From assembly GCA_964035545.1 (NCBI GenBank), contig OZ037765.1:32177504-32241503 (forward strand): a stretch of DNA of 64,000 bases, written 5' to 3'. Origin of the DNA: Bugula neritina (Eukaryota > Animalia > Bryozoa). Made by a program: the position numbers and the translations under genes. The notes under the pieces were generated by a model. That model ran no database searches, was not told where the DNA came from, and was given only the letters and a program-made list of their open reading frames with translations. Below, piece after piece: positions 13,201-25,492 of the stretch; position 1 is the first letter of the stretch; each line of letters starts with the position of its first letter.

Positions 13201-14617
13201 GTCTTGTGGTTCAAAGTGCTACTCTAGTGTTAAGGTTCCCCAGTAGCCCCTCTAGTGTAATGGTAGCACTTTCGCTTGCAAGTTGGAAGTCTGGGGTTCG
13301 ATTCCCAGTAGGGGTGAAAATTTTTACAATTACCATCAATTTTCAGTTAACTTGATACAAAATGTCATCTTATTACTTATTACTATTAACTTAATGTCAT
13401 CTGGTACAGTATTGAGATAACTCTTACTACTTACTCTGCCATCTTATTCACTACTCTTTTATAATATGTGCCCTGCGTATGTTGCCTGCTGCTATGTTTG
13501 AGTTTCTGCTACCCATTTCTGCACTCGCTAACCAGCAGTATGTATCCAATATAATATGAGTTGTCTTCCTTTTCTTGGACAGCATCTATGTAGTAAAATT
13601 AAAAAAACCATGTCAGTTATTGGTAGAGTTTAACTATGTTGTATAAATAACAAGTAATTGCTGATTATAAATACTGATGTTTTACTGACTGAATTTACGA
13701 TAAGATTTAATGTGTCACTTTTATTGTTTTCAAAATGTTTCATTTTACATTAATGCTTTTTTCTGAAAAAAGTATGTTATTCACACGTTTCATACTGCTA
13801 TATATAGTATATTTTGCTGTTTTTGCCTATCAAAATATTATGTAATGCAAATATTATATTAATGATTCAACAGACACCCTGTGAAGTACTTGAAGTTCAC
13901 CTGCAACCACCTGGTGTCTGCCAACATCCCTATTCAGTCACCTGAGGAGCAGTTTGACTATGACAGAATGACTCACCTCAGGTATATATTACTACATATT
14001 ATATGACAGGTGTATATTACTACATATTATATGACAGGTATATATTACTACATATTATATGACAGGTATATATTACTACATATTATATGACAGGTATATA
14101 TAACTACATATTATATGACAGGTGTATATTACTACATATTATATGACAGGTATATATAACTACATATTATATGACAGGTGTATAATACTACATAATTTAT
14201 CCAAATTGTCTATTACTGTATAGATATTGATATAATTATGTGAAACATGCAATACTACTATATACTACTATACACTACTATACACTACTATATACTACTA
14301 TATACTACTATATACTGCTATATAACATATACTACTATATAATACTATATACTGCTATGCACTACTATGCACTACTATGCACTACTATATAGTATACTCT
14401 ACTATATAGTACTATACATTACTATATAATTGTACTACTATCAATTATATACTATATAATGGAATGACATTTCAGGTATAGAGGACGACTCCAAGTTAGT
14501 GATTTTAGAATCGACCAATCAAACACATCTCTTCCATCTATATGTTCTTCAAGTTACGACATGCCGGATGCGTCCAATTACAACCTTTCTCTTATTACAC
14601 CTTACGACGTCATCTAA
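7271..14617 (+). CDS. FBXW8: F-box/WD40 repeat protein 8-like
   Basis: Exons 7271-7486, 7594-7719, 7909-8025, 8151-8255, 8594-8764, 9261-9349, 9782-9963, 10413-10642, 11650-11865, 12556-12683, 13020-13196, 13874-13981, 14476-14617 (TAA), with consistent phases. LQLFRDEWKREL; F-box SLVDVFINDLNELDDVPFFDVSLPREIAVKIFGFL...QVSKAW; WD40 repeats GHTSQVTCI, GHPMSVTCIQSDDWKIISGDEEGYICVWD; FBXW8-type C-terminus RYRGRLQ...DQ...LPSICSSSYD...YNLSLITPYDVI. Confidence 0.9.
10740..10905. mobile_element. Probable degenerate hAT (Charlie-like) MITE relic in an FBXW8 intron
   Basis: Imperfect termini CAGGCCTTCC / GGCAGCCCTA, subterminal GTGGCCCCAGGGCCGGATGTGGCCC motif, flanks GTTTAGAC and CTCTAGAC resembling the NTCTAGAN hAT target. 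Confidence 0.45.
11385..11600. repeat. 23-bp minisatellite (TCAATGCATTACTCAGTATATAT), ~9 copies
   Basis: Direct tandem copies in an FBXW8 intron, ending ~50 bp before the acceptor at 11650. Confidence 0.95.
11833..12131 (+). repeat. 50-bp tandem repeat x6 copying an FBXW8 exon end and 5' splice site
   Basis: CAGGC(A/C)GAGTATAA(G/A)GTAAGT at 11851, 11901, 11951, 12001, 12051, 12101. Confidence 0.95.
13246..13316 (+). pseudogene. tRNA-derived repeat (SINE-like head or tRNA pseudogene) in an FBXW8 intron
   Basis: A-box-like TAGTGTAATGG, perfect B-box GGTTCGATTCC, acceptor stem GCCCCT/AGGGGT. Anticodon stem is poorly paired (loop region CTTGCAAG, identity ambiguous). Followed by a T-run; second copy at 62790. 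Confidence 0.7.
13979..14195 (+). repeat. 28-bp minisatellite starting at an FBXW8 splice donor
   Basis: About 7.5 copies of CAGGTRTATATTACTACATATTATATGA. Confidence 0.95.
14252..14460. repeat. Degenerate ~10-bp repeat (TATACTACTA)
   Basis: Tandem copies up to the acceptor at 14476. Confidence 0.8.
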
Positions 14618-17549
14618 TCTGCCAATATACATTGCTCTGTTTATGAATTTTAACTTATACAGCTAGATAATATATTTTCACGTTATCTTGAGTTTACCAA
14701 ACAGGAAATATAACTCCAAGTTTATTAGAATAGTAATTATATCTCAGATTTTTCTAAGAGTTTGATAGGTATTCTAGTCCCATTACTTTTTTTGAAATAA
14801 TAAAGGAATAAATATATTTTTATATTTAGCAGAATTAGCTTCACTGCCTGTTAGAAATAGTCTTGTGGAAAGGCTTTTAACTCTAAGTCTTACATTTAGT
14901 TTTTACTGTAACATTCTACGTGTTTTAATTTATTCCAAAAAATGTATATAATTAAAAGTTTTGTTTGTAAATAACTTAATTATTACACATACTTTGTGCT
15001 GTACATGCTGTATATACTGTTATGTTATATTATGGTATTTATATATTACATAACACTTTCATAATGATTTTTATGATAAAGATAAATCATGGCAAACTAA
15101 TAAGGAAATAATAAAGATTCTCCTCTGTAATAACTAAGGCATAGAGCTGCTACCAACAATAATTTTAAGAACTTTCAACAAGTCAGTTTACGATACCATA
15201 CCATCCTGTATAATGATTATATAAAACTGAATAACCCAACATAATTTCTATATTATTGCAACTAAATAGTAATATGCAACCAAATGTTGGTTATTGAATT
15301 GCATTATAAATATGGGTATAAATTTTCATATTCAAAATTATATTTTTAGTTGATCTGTTGGTTGTATAGGTGAATATCTTATAGAAGCTCTTTGGTATAC
15401 TAGATGCACAACTCGTGAGTTCGAGTTTAAAAAGCAAATTAATCATTATTATTATTATTATTATTATTAGAATATTAACTTTAAGCATCTGTTCATGTTG
15501 AAAATATGGACTGTTTATAAAGCATACATGTTTTGTGACGAAGGTTATGTATGACTACAAGCCTACGAAAATAAGATTTACAACTTACAGCAGTTGAAGC
15601 AGTTTCTATCTTTGAAATAGTAAATAGTACAAGTTATGAACTTCTTCAGCTTCATTGTACTTTGTAGTGTTTTGAGAATTACTAAAGCATGAAGCCATCA
15701 TCTAAAAAACCGAAAAAATCCATTGTTGAAAAGCTATAAATCTTTATTCTATGATTGTTGCATTCTTTCTACTGATTGTTAACATTAAATAACTACATTC
15801 TTTACAAATGTTTAGTCTTGCAGTGGTCAACAGCCATATGATGATATTTTGTGCACCATGATGATTCAATAATATTGAGCATTTTTAATTAGTAAAAATC
15901 AAATAAACTGTTGGGTAATGCAGTGTAACAGGTCTATGCGAAAAATGAAACAATTTTTAATAACAAGACAATGAAAAACATGTATTTGATAATATCTGAG
16001 ACAATCTAACAACAATCTCATTTTGTTGAGAGTCATTGTCTTTGGGTATTAGGGGATACATTTGATATACCATACCAGTCTAAATTTATTATAACCTGTT
16101 TATAAAGCACCAAGGACCGAGTGTTACATTTGATGGCATATATTAGAGTCATTATCATAATAATTCCATAGTAGTACCAAGTAAGAGCTAATCTGTGTGT
16201 CAGATGCGACTATTTTGCTGACCTCTAACCTGTCAGTATATTCTTTTCTTAGAGGTAGTTATTAAATAGATGAGTCATAGTGTGAATTTGATAAGATATA
16301 CAGTACATATAACAATTGTATATATGGTATTTATATATGGTACGTAATCTATGTTATATACTATAATATGTAACACTGTATATGTACTATATATCATAAT
16401 GATGCTATATACGTGTGGTGTACTTTTTTATTCTTTATCTTATTATAAATTACTGTATCTATCATGCTAAATATTATATGAATGAGTTGAATGCTTTTTT
16501 ATGAAGTGCCATGGTGTCAGGTGACACCCTACACCCACTATATATGAAAGTGCATACTCCTGATAACATTTAATGCTATATTTTATAAACTATCATAGTA
16601 ATTGGTAGGTAGTATGAATGAATTTAATAATCGTACCTGCACTCAGCCGTTTAGCTCTGAATGAGTATGTTTGACAGTACTCAGTACTTGAAACAGGATT
16701 TCCTATATTTTCCAGTTCATGTTGTAAATTTCTAGATGTCATCAATTAAATATGCAAGATGATAACTTAGCCAATAAAGACATTAAATTAATCAGCAATT
16801 TGCTTCAGAAATATAAATCCACAAAATGCCTGACTAGAGCTGCTGAAATCAAGTCAGCAATCCAGAAAATATTATAATTTCAGAAAACATTTTCACAAAC
16901 ATTTTTGCTGATTAAATTAATTGTTGCAAGAATTTAAAATATTTTGCTAAATTATTCATCAGCTATAATTATTACAGTATTAACTGACTTTCTAACTGAG
17001 TTATGATTAATTTCTATCAGCAATTAACAGTAAAAACTTGTAACATCACTTCGGCAATTGAGAAGTAGAAAACTTATTCATGTCCACAGTTTCATTCAGC
17101 GCTGACATAAACTATGATATCCTATACTTATTACTAAATTCTATAAGTTGTAGCAAAAAAATAATCTGGATAACAATTTGTGCAGCGAAAGCAGCAAAAC
17201 CTCCTTTCACAGTAATTTATTAGTTATGTGTTTTGTCTAAAATTATTGGAAGTTGACAATATGTAGATTTTCTAAAAAACTGGCTAGGCGTTTAGTTTAT
17301 TACTATACACAGTTATATTATACTATTAGACTGTGAGAACTAGCAGACAAACAAAGGAGGCTCTCAACGTGTGTAATATAGATATATTATACATCTACAT
17401 TCTTCAGTCTACTCCTTCAACTGAAGGTATAATGTGAATTAGTACGGTGAGAGTTAACATCTGCTGCAGAAGTTTCCATGATTTTAATTTATCCTAAGAG
17501 ATAATGGCACTGTTGGTTATATAAATATATCATGCCTTACTTAGTCATG

Positions 17550-17930
17550 TGTAGGTGCCACGTGACAGAATGTATAATTTATAAATACTAGTTGCAATTA
17601 GCATAATCATGAATCCCTAGCTGCAGTACACATTACACTATTATTTGCAGCTGGCACAAACAAATTTATGAACTTCATTAGTCAATTGTTACTAATGACT
17701 AGAAATTAAAATAATATGTCTAACATCGAGTTTAATCTATAAATACTTTGTTTTTAATGATTATGTATAATTATTTAAATTACAGTAACATAATTATTTG
17801 GGAGTTGGCCAAAGCGTGAGCGTGAATTGGTTAGATAACAAGCCAATAACATATTATGACCTAGTTGCTATGGGACCATATTCTAAGCCAATCGTCTTAT
17901 GGTAACGCATATGCACGTGCTTCGAAAAGG
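17550..17930 (+). promoter_or_regulatory. GBA1 proximal promoter with E-boxes, CCAAT boxes and an X-box-like site
   Basis: CACGTG at 17559 (GCCACGTGAC) and 17914, GCCAAT at ~17843 and ~17888, GTTGCTATGGGAC at ~17864; all within 500 bp upstream of the ATG. Confidence 0.45.
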
Positions 17931-18036
17931 AGGCCAACTAGTAAAGTTATTTCGTGTTCATGTTTCTACTAATACTTATCAGCAAAAGAGAATTACTTGG
18001 AAATCATTGTGAATGTAGCTGGATAAGTTGCTAGAC

Positions 18037-21000
18037 ATGGCTCTTATATTTGGCAATATTTTTCAAAGCATATTTTGCGTTTTGATATGCTTATACTTTT
18101 GCTCAAGTAAGTTATTATCAATCATTCAATGAAATGAATTTTACTGTCACTCACTTTACAGTTCACTGTGCATCACATTTTGATTTCCATTTTGATTTAG
18201 TTTTATGGTTTACAAATAGTCAATAATGATAATATTCATAATTATATTAATAAGTAATAAGTGTAATTAATAAGTCAAACTAAAACTAAAACTCAAACTA
18301 ATAATATAAATATAGAGTTGCATATAATTTATGAATTATGTTAGTCATACTCATACTCATGCTGATTATCAAAGTCATAATGATAATGATAGACAGTATG
18401 TTTATATTTATCAATTATGATCAAGAATGTCAAATTAAAATTCAGATTCGTGTAAGTCTAAGTCACTGTAAGTGTTGATTAATATAACTGTGACAGTTAT
18501 TGTTAGTAAGTTATTGTTAATTGGTTAATCTCATGGTTTTAGTTATCTTACAGTTACATTTTTTGATAATTGTTTCACTGTGACCTTTGAAATTTTAAGC
18601 CAAAGTTAAGCGTAAATATCAATTTTCAAATCAATGACTAATGCTTAATAATATACTTATATAGACAAGCATTTATTGGTGCCATTTATTAGTTGCTGTT
18701 AAGGAAATCAAAAGACATGATTAATGAGTTCACATCTTACTTAGTTATTTCTATTATCTGACATCAGAAAAATAACTAGTATAATACTGAATACTAACAG
18801 TATCTGTTATAACTAAGCACTGATAGTTTTTGCATTACAATAATTTTGGTCTGGCCTCAAGTATGCCCATGACTAAAGTATTCTAGTTACCACCCACTGG
18901 CCAGCTGAGTGAAAACTAGAAGCAGTGAAATGTATTCACTTACTTCAAATGATGCTGCAAGACTTAAACATTTAGCAATTATGTACACATTTACAAAACA
19001 TCAATCTCTATATAGTGAGTGGTCTTGGGTCACCTGCACTATTCTAGGCTATAGTGATTCAATCATATATAAAAATTATAACTGTGTGCTTTAATAATTT
19101 CTGAACGGTTTAAAATTTGAGCTAACTATTAGTATTTGAGAAGCAAATTTTACTCGTTTTCTAGTTCTTGAGAAGTGTTTAAATTCTCACTTCAGCATAA
19201 CATCTTCACATATTTTATTTCAATATCGTCAATTTTTCTGCAACTGGTTTCAGTACATTCAACTGTCTGTTGCAGACGTCTTCTACTTTTTTTAGCATAA
19301 CATTTTTTTCAATTTTCTGTTGCAGCTGTGTTGTCAAACAAGTGTGACAAGGTGTCTTTTGGTGACACTTCCTTCGTATGCAGATGTAATTCTTCACACT
19401 GCGACTCCCTGCCTCCCCTAAACTCCGTACCCAAGGGTGCCTATATTATATACTCCTCGTCCAAAGATGGTGACAGATTCAACACGCAAACACTTCATTT
19501 CTCAGGGAAACAGCCTCAAGCCAACGGTGAGAGTTGATAACATTGGCCTCGTAGTTGTACTCCACTCTCATTTGGTGCTGTACTACTGTACACTGGACAA
19601 TGACCAAAGCTACTGATTACTAAAACTGACTAGCTTTCACACTGGGGTTTGGCAACAAAAGGGAAAAAGTTGTTAAATTTTTGTGTTAAATATCAGAAGA
19701 CTGTAGTACTGTTGGTCGTTTTTACCGCTGATTATCAAAACATTTTTAACTGTATTACTGTGTAATAGCATTTTATATGTACATAATTGTACAATTACTC
19801 ACAACTCTCTTTGGTTTTATTTATTTCAGTATTAGGTCATAGAGAGATCAAGCTAACTCTAGTCTACATTTTTATTTTGTAAGCTTAATTGAAATATTGG
19901 ACAGCTAAATTTTAGAAATCAATATGATAACTTATTTTAGTTAAAACAGGCAAACATTTTGACTAAATATTACCAGTCAAGTTGTATTCTTAGGAATCTA
20001 GTGACTGGCTACTCTTTTCTCTTGCATATCTCTCTAAACCTGAAGTGAAAGGTGCATAAGCTACCTGTTGGGGTGTGGTTAGCCTCACCTTCGATTAATT
20101 AGCATTATTGACCACCATCTTTCTAATTCTGCACATCTAAACTGAAATAGTATAATAATTATTTTAACATTAATTTTGCTGAGAATAATTTACTTCAAGT
20201 GCTTTTTTGTGAAGTTGTTTTCTCTTTTAATAATTGTAATATTTTGTTTTGATAGGAAAAATTATAATAAACCGAACTGCGGAGTACCAGAGTATAATTG
20301 GGTTCGGAGGGGCCGTGACAGACGCCGCCTCAATAAATATACTGAACCTGTCGCCTAAGACCCAGGATATTCTCCTTCAGTCGTACTACTCACCTCAAGG
20401 TACTCACTCTATACACTAGTAGTAGTAACTAGTAGTAACTACTGTGTAACCTCTGTAGCCTCTGCTCTACTCATTCTACAGGGAGAGCTCAAAATCTGCC
20501 AAGATTTTTTGGCAGCTAAGCATGTATTCAAAAGCTGTACTGATAATATTTGTGTAGCCATGTTGGTTGTGTGAAATCATGGAAACTGTAGTTCACTAGA
20601 TAAAAAGTTTATTTTTATGCATAATTTGACTTGTAAAGTACATCACTTTGTATTATAAAAGATGAAGTATAATAAGTCGATCATGCTTCTACTAAGGTTG
20701 GGGTTTATATTAGTTTCGTTAGTAGCAGCTCTAAGAATCACCAATATCTGTCTTAGTTTATGCAGATTCTAAAATATGTTTTGTTTTTATTTACTTAGTT
20801 GACAGAAATTACCTCCCATCGTAAAAGTAAAGAATTATCATCTTATAAACTACTTTGACAACACTATAAGCCGCTATAAATAGATTTCTACTTGAATATA
20901 ATATTCTCATCTGTTTTTATGCAACACAAGTTGGCAACTGTCCAGCATTTAGTGGAAATCTTGAACTTCAGCTGTTGTTCACAGTTTGTTTTTCTGAACT

Positions 21001-24000
21001 GCTGATCTAATAAATCATAATCCTAAACTAATTACTAGATAATAGTTAAACTTTTAACCCAGCAGTTTCCACTAGCCAGGACAGCTGCACTGCTCAGTCG
21101 ACTGAAATTTTACCTAATAAAATGTCTTACGAAACTAATAGAATGCTGTAAAGTGGGAATATTTATTAGTGGGTCCTCTTTTATTCTGAGAGATAGGTTT
21201 ATCTCCCACTCACAAAGCCATTCCACTCTGCAAGTGTTTCATCTACTTTGCTCAGGAATTCTGGGTAACACAGGAAGTTTTGATAGATTTAATAAATCAC
21301 ACTGTTTACTCATCAGAACTGTTTAGTTTAACACTTCATACCAAACATGACATCACCATTCCTCAGCCAATCACAAGGCTACTTCACCTGCCACACCCCC
21401 ATCTTACCACACCCCCACATCTGATATCATGCTAATGATATTCCAACTCTCTGTCCAACACCAACTCCAGCCCTGATTACCTGATTACAATAAACAGCAC
21501 AACCTGCCTGTGCTTGTGGCTGTCTTCTTACTAGTTGTGTGACAGTACTAAAAATTATGCAATAAGTCAGCCAGCTTACAGCTAAATTCTTGTATAATTG
21601 AAGTTAATTTGATATTCATCAATTGTTGATTCACTTAATCTGAGCTAATGTATGATTCATAGAACTATGATAGGTTACATGTTAACAGTTGTTGTAAATT
21701 GTCCTATATTTTCATGTGTTTGAGTTTTGTTTAAATAAGTTATTTCTTTTCTAACAAAATAGGGTATAACATTTTGCCAGGTTTCTATTGGCTGAAGAGA
21801 CACTGGCTGAATTATTATTCTATAATCTCTTTGTACAAGTTTGAAATACTCTAGAGTTGTGTCCTCTTGCAGGTTTGGAATACACTCTAGCCAGAATTCC
21901 TATAGCCAGCACGGACTTCTCCACACACGCCTACTCATACGATGACACTCCTGATGACTTTGACCTCAGCCACTTCTCCCTGACATCCGAAGATATCAAG
22001 TATAAGGTTAGAGCTCTTTGCATGTAGACTAAGTTCCTAGCAACTGATGAGGCGTAGTAATAGTTTCAGCAAATGTAAGTAATTTATTACAAAACATGGT
22101 GATAACAAAACAGAAAAACATTTAACTTATACTTATAGTAGTAACAGTTTTAGTTGGGTTGAACTTGCATCTTATATTAGAACTAAGTTTGGTGCTATTT
22201 TGGGTGGTTTTATCTGAATGGGTTTTAATGCTTGAACTTTTAATATTTTGTCATATAATTTAATATTCACATTTATTTGATGTGCCAACAGATTCCAATC
22301 CTGAAAAGAGCTATTGCTATGAGTAAAAGGAATATTCGCTTGTTTTCTTCACCGTGGAGCGCGCCATCTTGGATGAAGACTGAGTCATCTATGACGGGGC
22401 GAGGGTTTCTCAAAGGAGAGCCCGGCGGGAAATACTACAAGACGTGGGCCCAGTACCTGGTTAGGTAGGATTAATTAACATTGACTATATTTCAATAAAT
22501 AATTAGAAATCCATGTTTTATGATTAATACAGGAAAGAAAATTGTTTCTGCAAATGTACAGTTGAAGGGTAATTTTCGAGTTAATGTTTTAAATAGTACT
22601 TTTAGAAATATTTTTGAAGTTATTTTCTCTTTGCCCATCACATATGTATGTTACAGCTAGTCATGTGACGTGTTTGTGTAGATTTCTGTCGGAGTACAAG
22701 AAACAGGGGCTCAACATTTGGGGTCTGACGGCACAGAACGAGCCGCTTGATGGGCGCCTGCCATTTTTTCCATTCCAGTGTCTCGGTTTCACCGCCACTC
22801 AGCAGAGAGACTTCATTGCGATGGATTTGGGTATGTTATCTCCACCTGCCTGCTATACTGGGTATGTTATCTCCACCTGCCCACTATACTGGGATAATAC
22901 TGCCTAGTGCTTCAATATTTTATATTCTGTTTATTTGCAAACATGTGCGAAGATCTTCTTAAAACCTGCATCTAACTTAATGCCTACTCAAAGTTGCTAA
23001 ATTAAAGTTTTTTTTTAAATTTAGGAGTTAGAAATTAGAGCATTATGAAATTATTTGCGCTTGACTAGCGTATTTTGATTAGGACTTGATGTGTTAGTAA
23101 TTCATAAATTCAACCAAACTGCATTAGAGAATGTAGACTACATAATTCCTCACAGTCACTAGGGTGGAAGTTGTGTAGGCGCGGTCTTTAAACATGTAAT
23201 AAGATGTAATTATATTCATATCAGTGGACATCAATGGTGCCTTTTATTGATGCGCACAAACAGTGTTGCTGCAAGATGGAGTCTCAAGTTGCTTTACTAT
23301 TGCATCACCACACAAGTACTGCAAGAAATTTTAAAGCTGACTAATTCAATTTTATTATGTCTTCACTTGTAATTAAATAATATCATTTTTGACCACCTGT
23401 AATGCAGTAGTATTTAATTGTATATTTTTTCGAAAGTCTAAAATTACCAGCTGAAATGATTTACCTCGTCTGTTACAGGCCCTGCGCTGCACAGTGGTGG
23501 ATTTGGTGATGTAAAGTTGATGATATTAGATGATGACACCCTTTCACTCCCCGACTGGGCTAATACGGTAAAATTACTTCACTGCATATATGTGTCAATT
23601 CTAGGTGTCCACTGTACTATTGTAGATATACTATGTTGTGTCAGCCAGTCAGTTCTAGGTGTCCACTTGTATTACTTACTCTCTGATTGCAGATATACAG
23701 TAACAAGTCAGCGAGTCAGTACGTGTCAGGACTGGGTGTCCACTGGTATCTCAACGGCTACCTCTCGTACAACAGAATTACCGAAACGCACCTCGTAGAT
23801 CCGACTAAATTCATCTTAGCCACAGAGGCCTGCGCTGGGTCCGCCTTCTACGAGAAGAAAGTGATGCTTGGGAATTGGGACAGAGCGGAGCAGTACGCTA
23901 GTGACATCATACAGGTAAGTCTGTGGGCGGAGCTATCTGCTAGTGACATCATGCATTGAGTTGTATATCTCTAGTGCTATGACTCTAATACCTGTAGTTG

Positions 24001-25492
24001 ACATTATCTTGAATATCTCTCACTCAAGTCACTGATTGTATGTCGCAGGACCTACAGAACTGGGTGACTGGCTGGACAGACTGGAACATTGCTCTCAACA
24101 TGTCTGGAGGTCCCAACTGGGTCAACAACAACGTCGACAGCCCTATCATTGTTGATAAAGACAGTGATGTGTTCTACAAGCAGCCTATGTTCTACACTAT
24201 GGGTCACTTCAGGTAGTCATACTTATCAATGTGGACGAGTTGCTAGGCTTGGAAGGAAGTTTGGGTATTGCAGGACTTCAGGCCCTAGAAATTTTGTGTT
24301 GTCAAGTTTGATATTTAAAAATATATAACATGGTATATGAAACCAGATTTGTTTAAAATAAGTTGCTATCTTACTTTTTATTGTGGATTCATAGACCAAT
24401 TTTGTTGTGCATTGTCATAGAATCATAAAAAGTGATAAAAAATTTGAAGTGTTTTTATGTTTTGTTGAAACGCCCTCATTTTATTGTGCAGTTATTGAGT
24501 GCAGAAATTAGGGGTCTCATGTTTGAAGTCGGGGGTTTATTGAAACCCCCGACTTCAAACTCGAGAACCCCAAACTACTGCACTCAATCACCACCAACTC
24601 GGAGCTGCTTATAGAACCATTCAAAAACTTGAACCCGCTGTAATGTATAGCATAGCTGTGATTAAACTGATGGCATAGAGTTACCTCCTCTTTCAAATGA
24701 CTGAAAAGGCAAATGTAATTGATTGCGTAACATTGCATTGTTTAGACATTAAATATTAGTTTCATCAATGTTAATGTGGAATAGTCACCGGATAGAGGTG
24801 AATCTCCTCTAGTAGACAGTCAGTAGCATTACCTGAACGATTAGATCACTGCAAACCCTCTTCTGCTTGTAGCAAATTCCTCACCCCTGGCTCCGTCAGA
24901 CATGAAATAGACATGAAAGGTGCTAAGTCTACAGGAGTTGTGTTCTCCACTCCTGAGAAGAACTTGGTTATGATTTTATTCAATAAGTGAGTAGAAGAAC
25001 AACTATATTGCCCAGTTCCAGATTTACTAAAAATTGTGTATAGTTAGCAGCTTTAGTTGATGAATATTGAAAGAAATGAAAATATAAATTTGTTATAAAA
25101 ATGTGTACAATGTCAGCGCATATTCAACTGGATGCATTTTATAGGTTTTTATCTCTTTGTTTAGTGCTGCTTTTCTAATGAATTTGAATCTGTTAATAAA
25201 CATGAGTAAATAATGACATATATAATGGAACAAAAAAGAATTTGTATAAATTGCTTTGTCACACTTTTTATTTAATTAAATTCGATTTACTTTTATGGTT
25301 GTAGACTTAGAAATTAATAATACAATACATTATGAATAGTGCATTGTTGAAGTATTTAGAATATAGCTATTCCATTGCATTGTCCTTTTTAGAGAGGACT
25401 CAGGTGAAATCCTGGACGTTGTCGAAGGTAATACAACATTCACAGTGAGTGTAAAAGCACGATCTATAAATACTATCATATGGAAGCCATGA
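18037..25492 (+). CDS. GBA1: Lysosomal acid glucosylceramidase (glycoside hydrolase family 30)
   Basis: Exons 18037-18106 (signal peptide), 19326-19526, 20256-20399, 21873-22006, 22292-22464, 22682-22830, 23479-23567, 23693-23914, 24049-24212, 24873-24986, 25393-25492 (TGA). Motifs [31 protein letters not shown], acid/base QNEP, VHWY, nucleophile [44 protein letters not shown]. Confidence 0.95.
24494..24588. repeat. ~95-bp imperfect palindrome (hairpin) in a GBA1 intron
   Basis: GTTTGAAGTCGGGGGTTT-attg-AAACCCCCGACTTCAAAC core; outer arms ATTGAGTGCAG / CTGCACTCAAT. Confidence 0.85.

Noticed and set aside
13246-13316. Functional tRNA gene
   Set aside because: Anticodon stem does not pair properly and a diverged dispersed copy exists, so it is treated as a tRNA-derived repeat.
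15637-17430. Faint GBA-like fragments upstream of GBA1 (short signal-peptide-like ORF at 15637, ICV..AT..D-like at 16191-16222, ILQS..S.EG-like at ~17400)
   Set aside because: Similarity is too short and needs frameshifts; a tBLASTn of the GBA1 protein against this interval would be needed to support a decayed duplicate.
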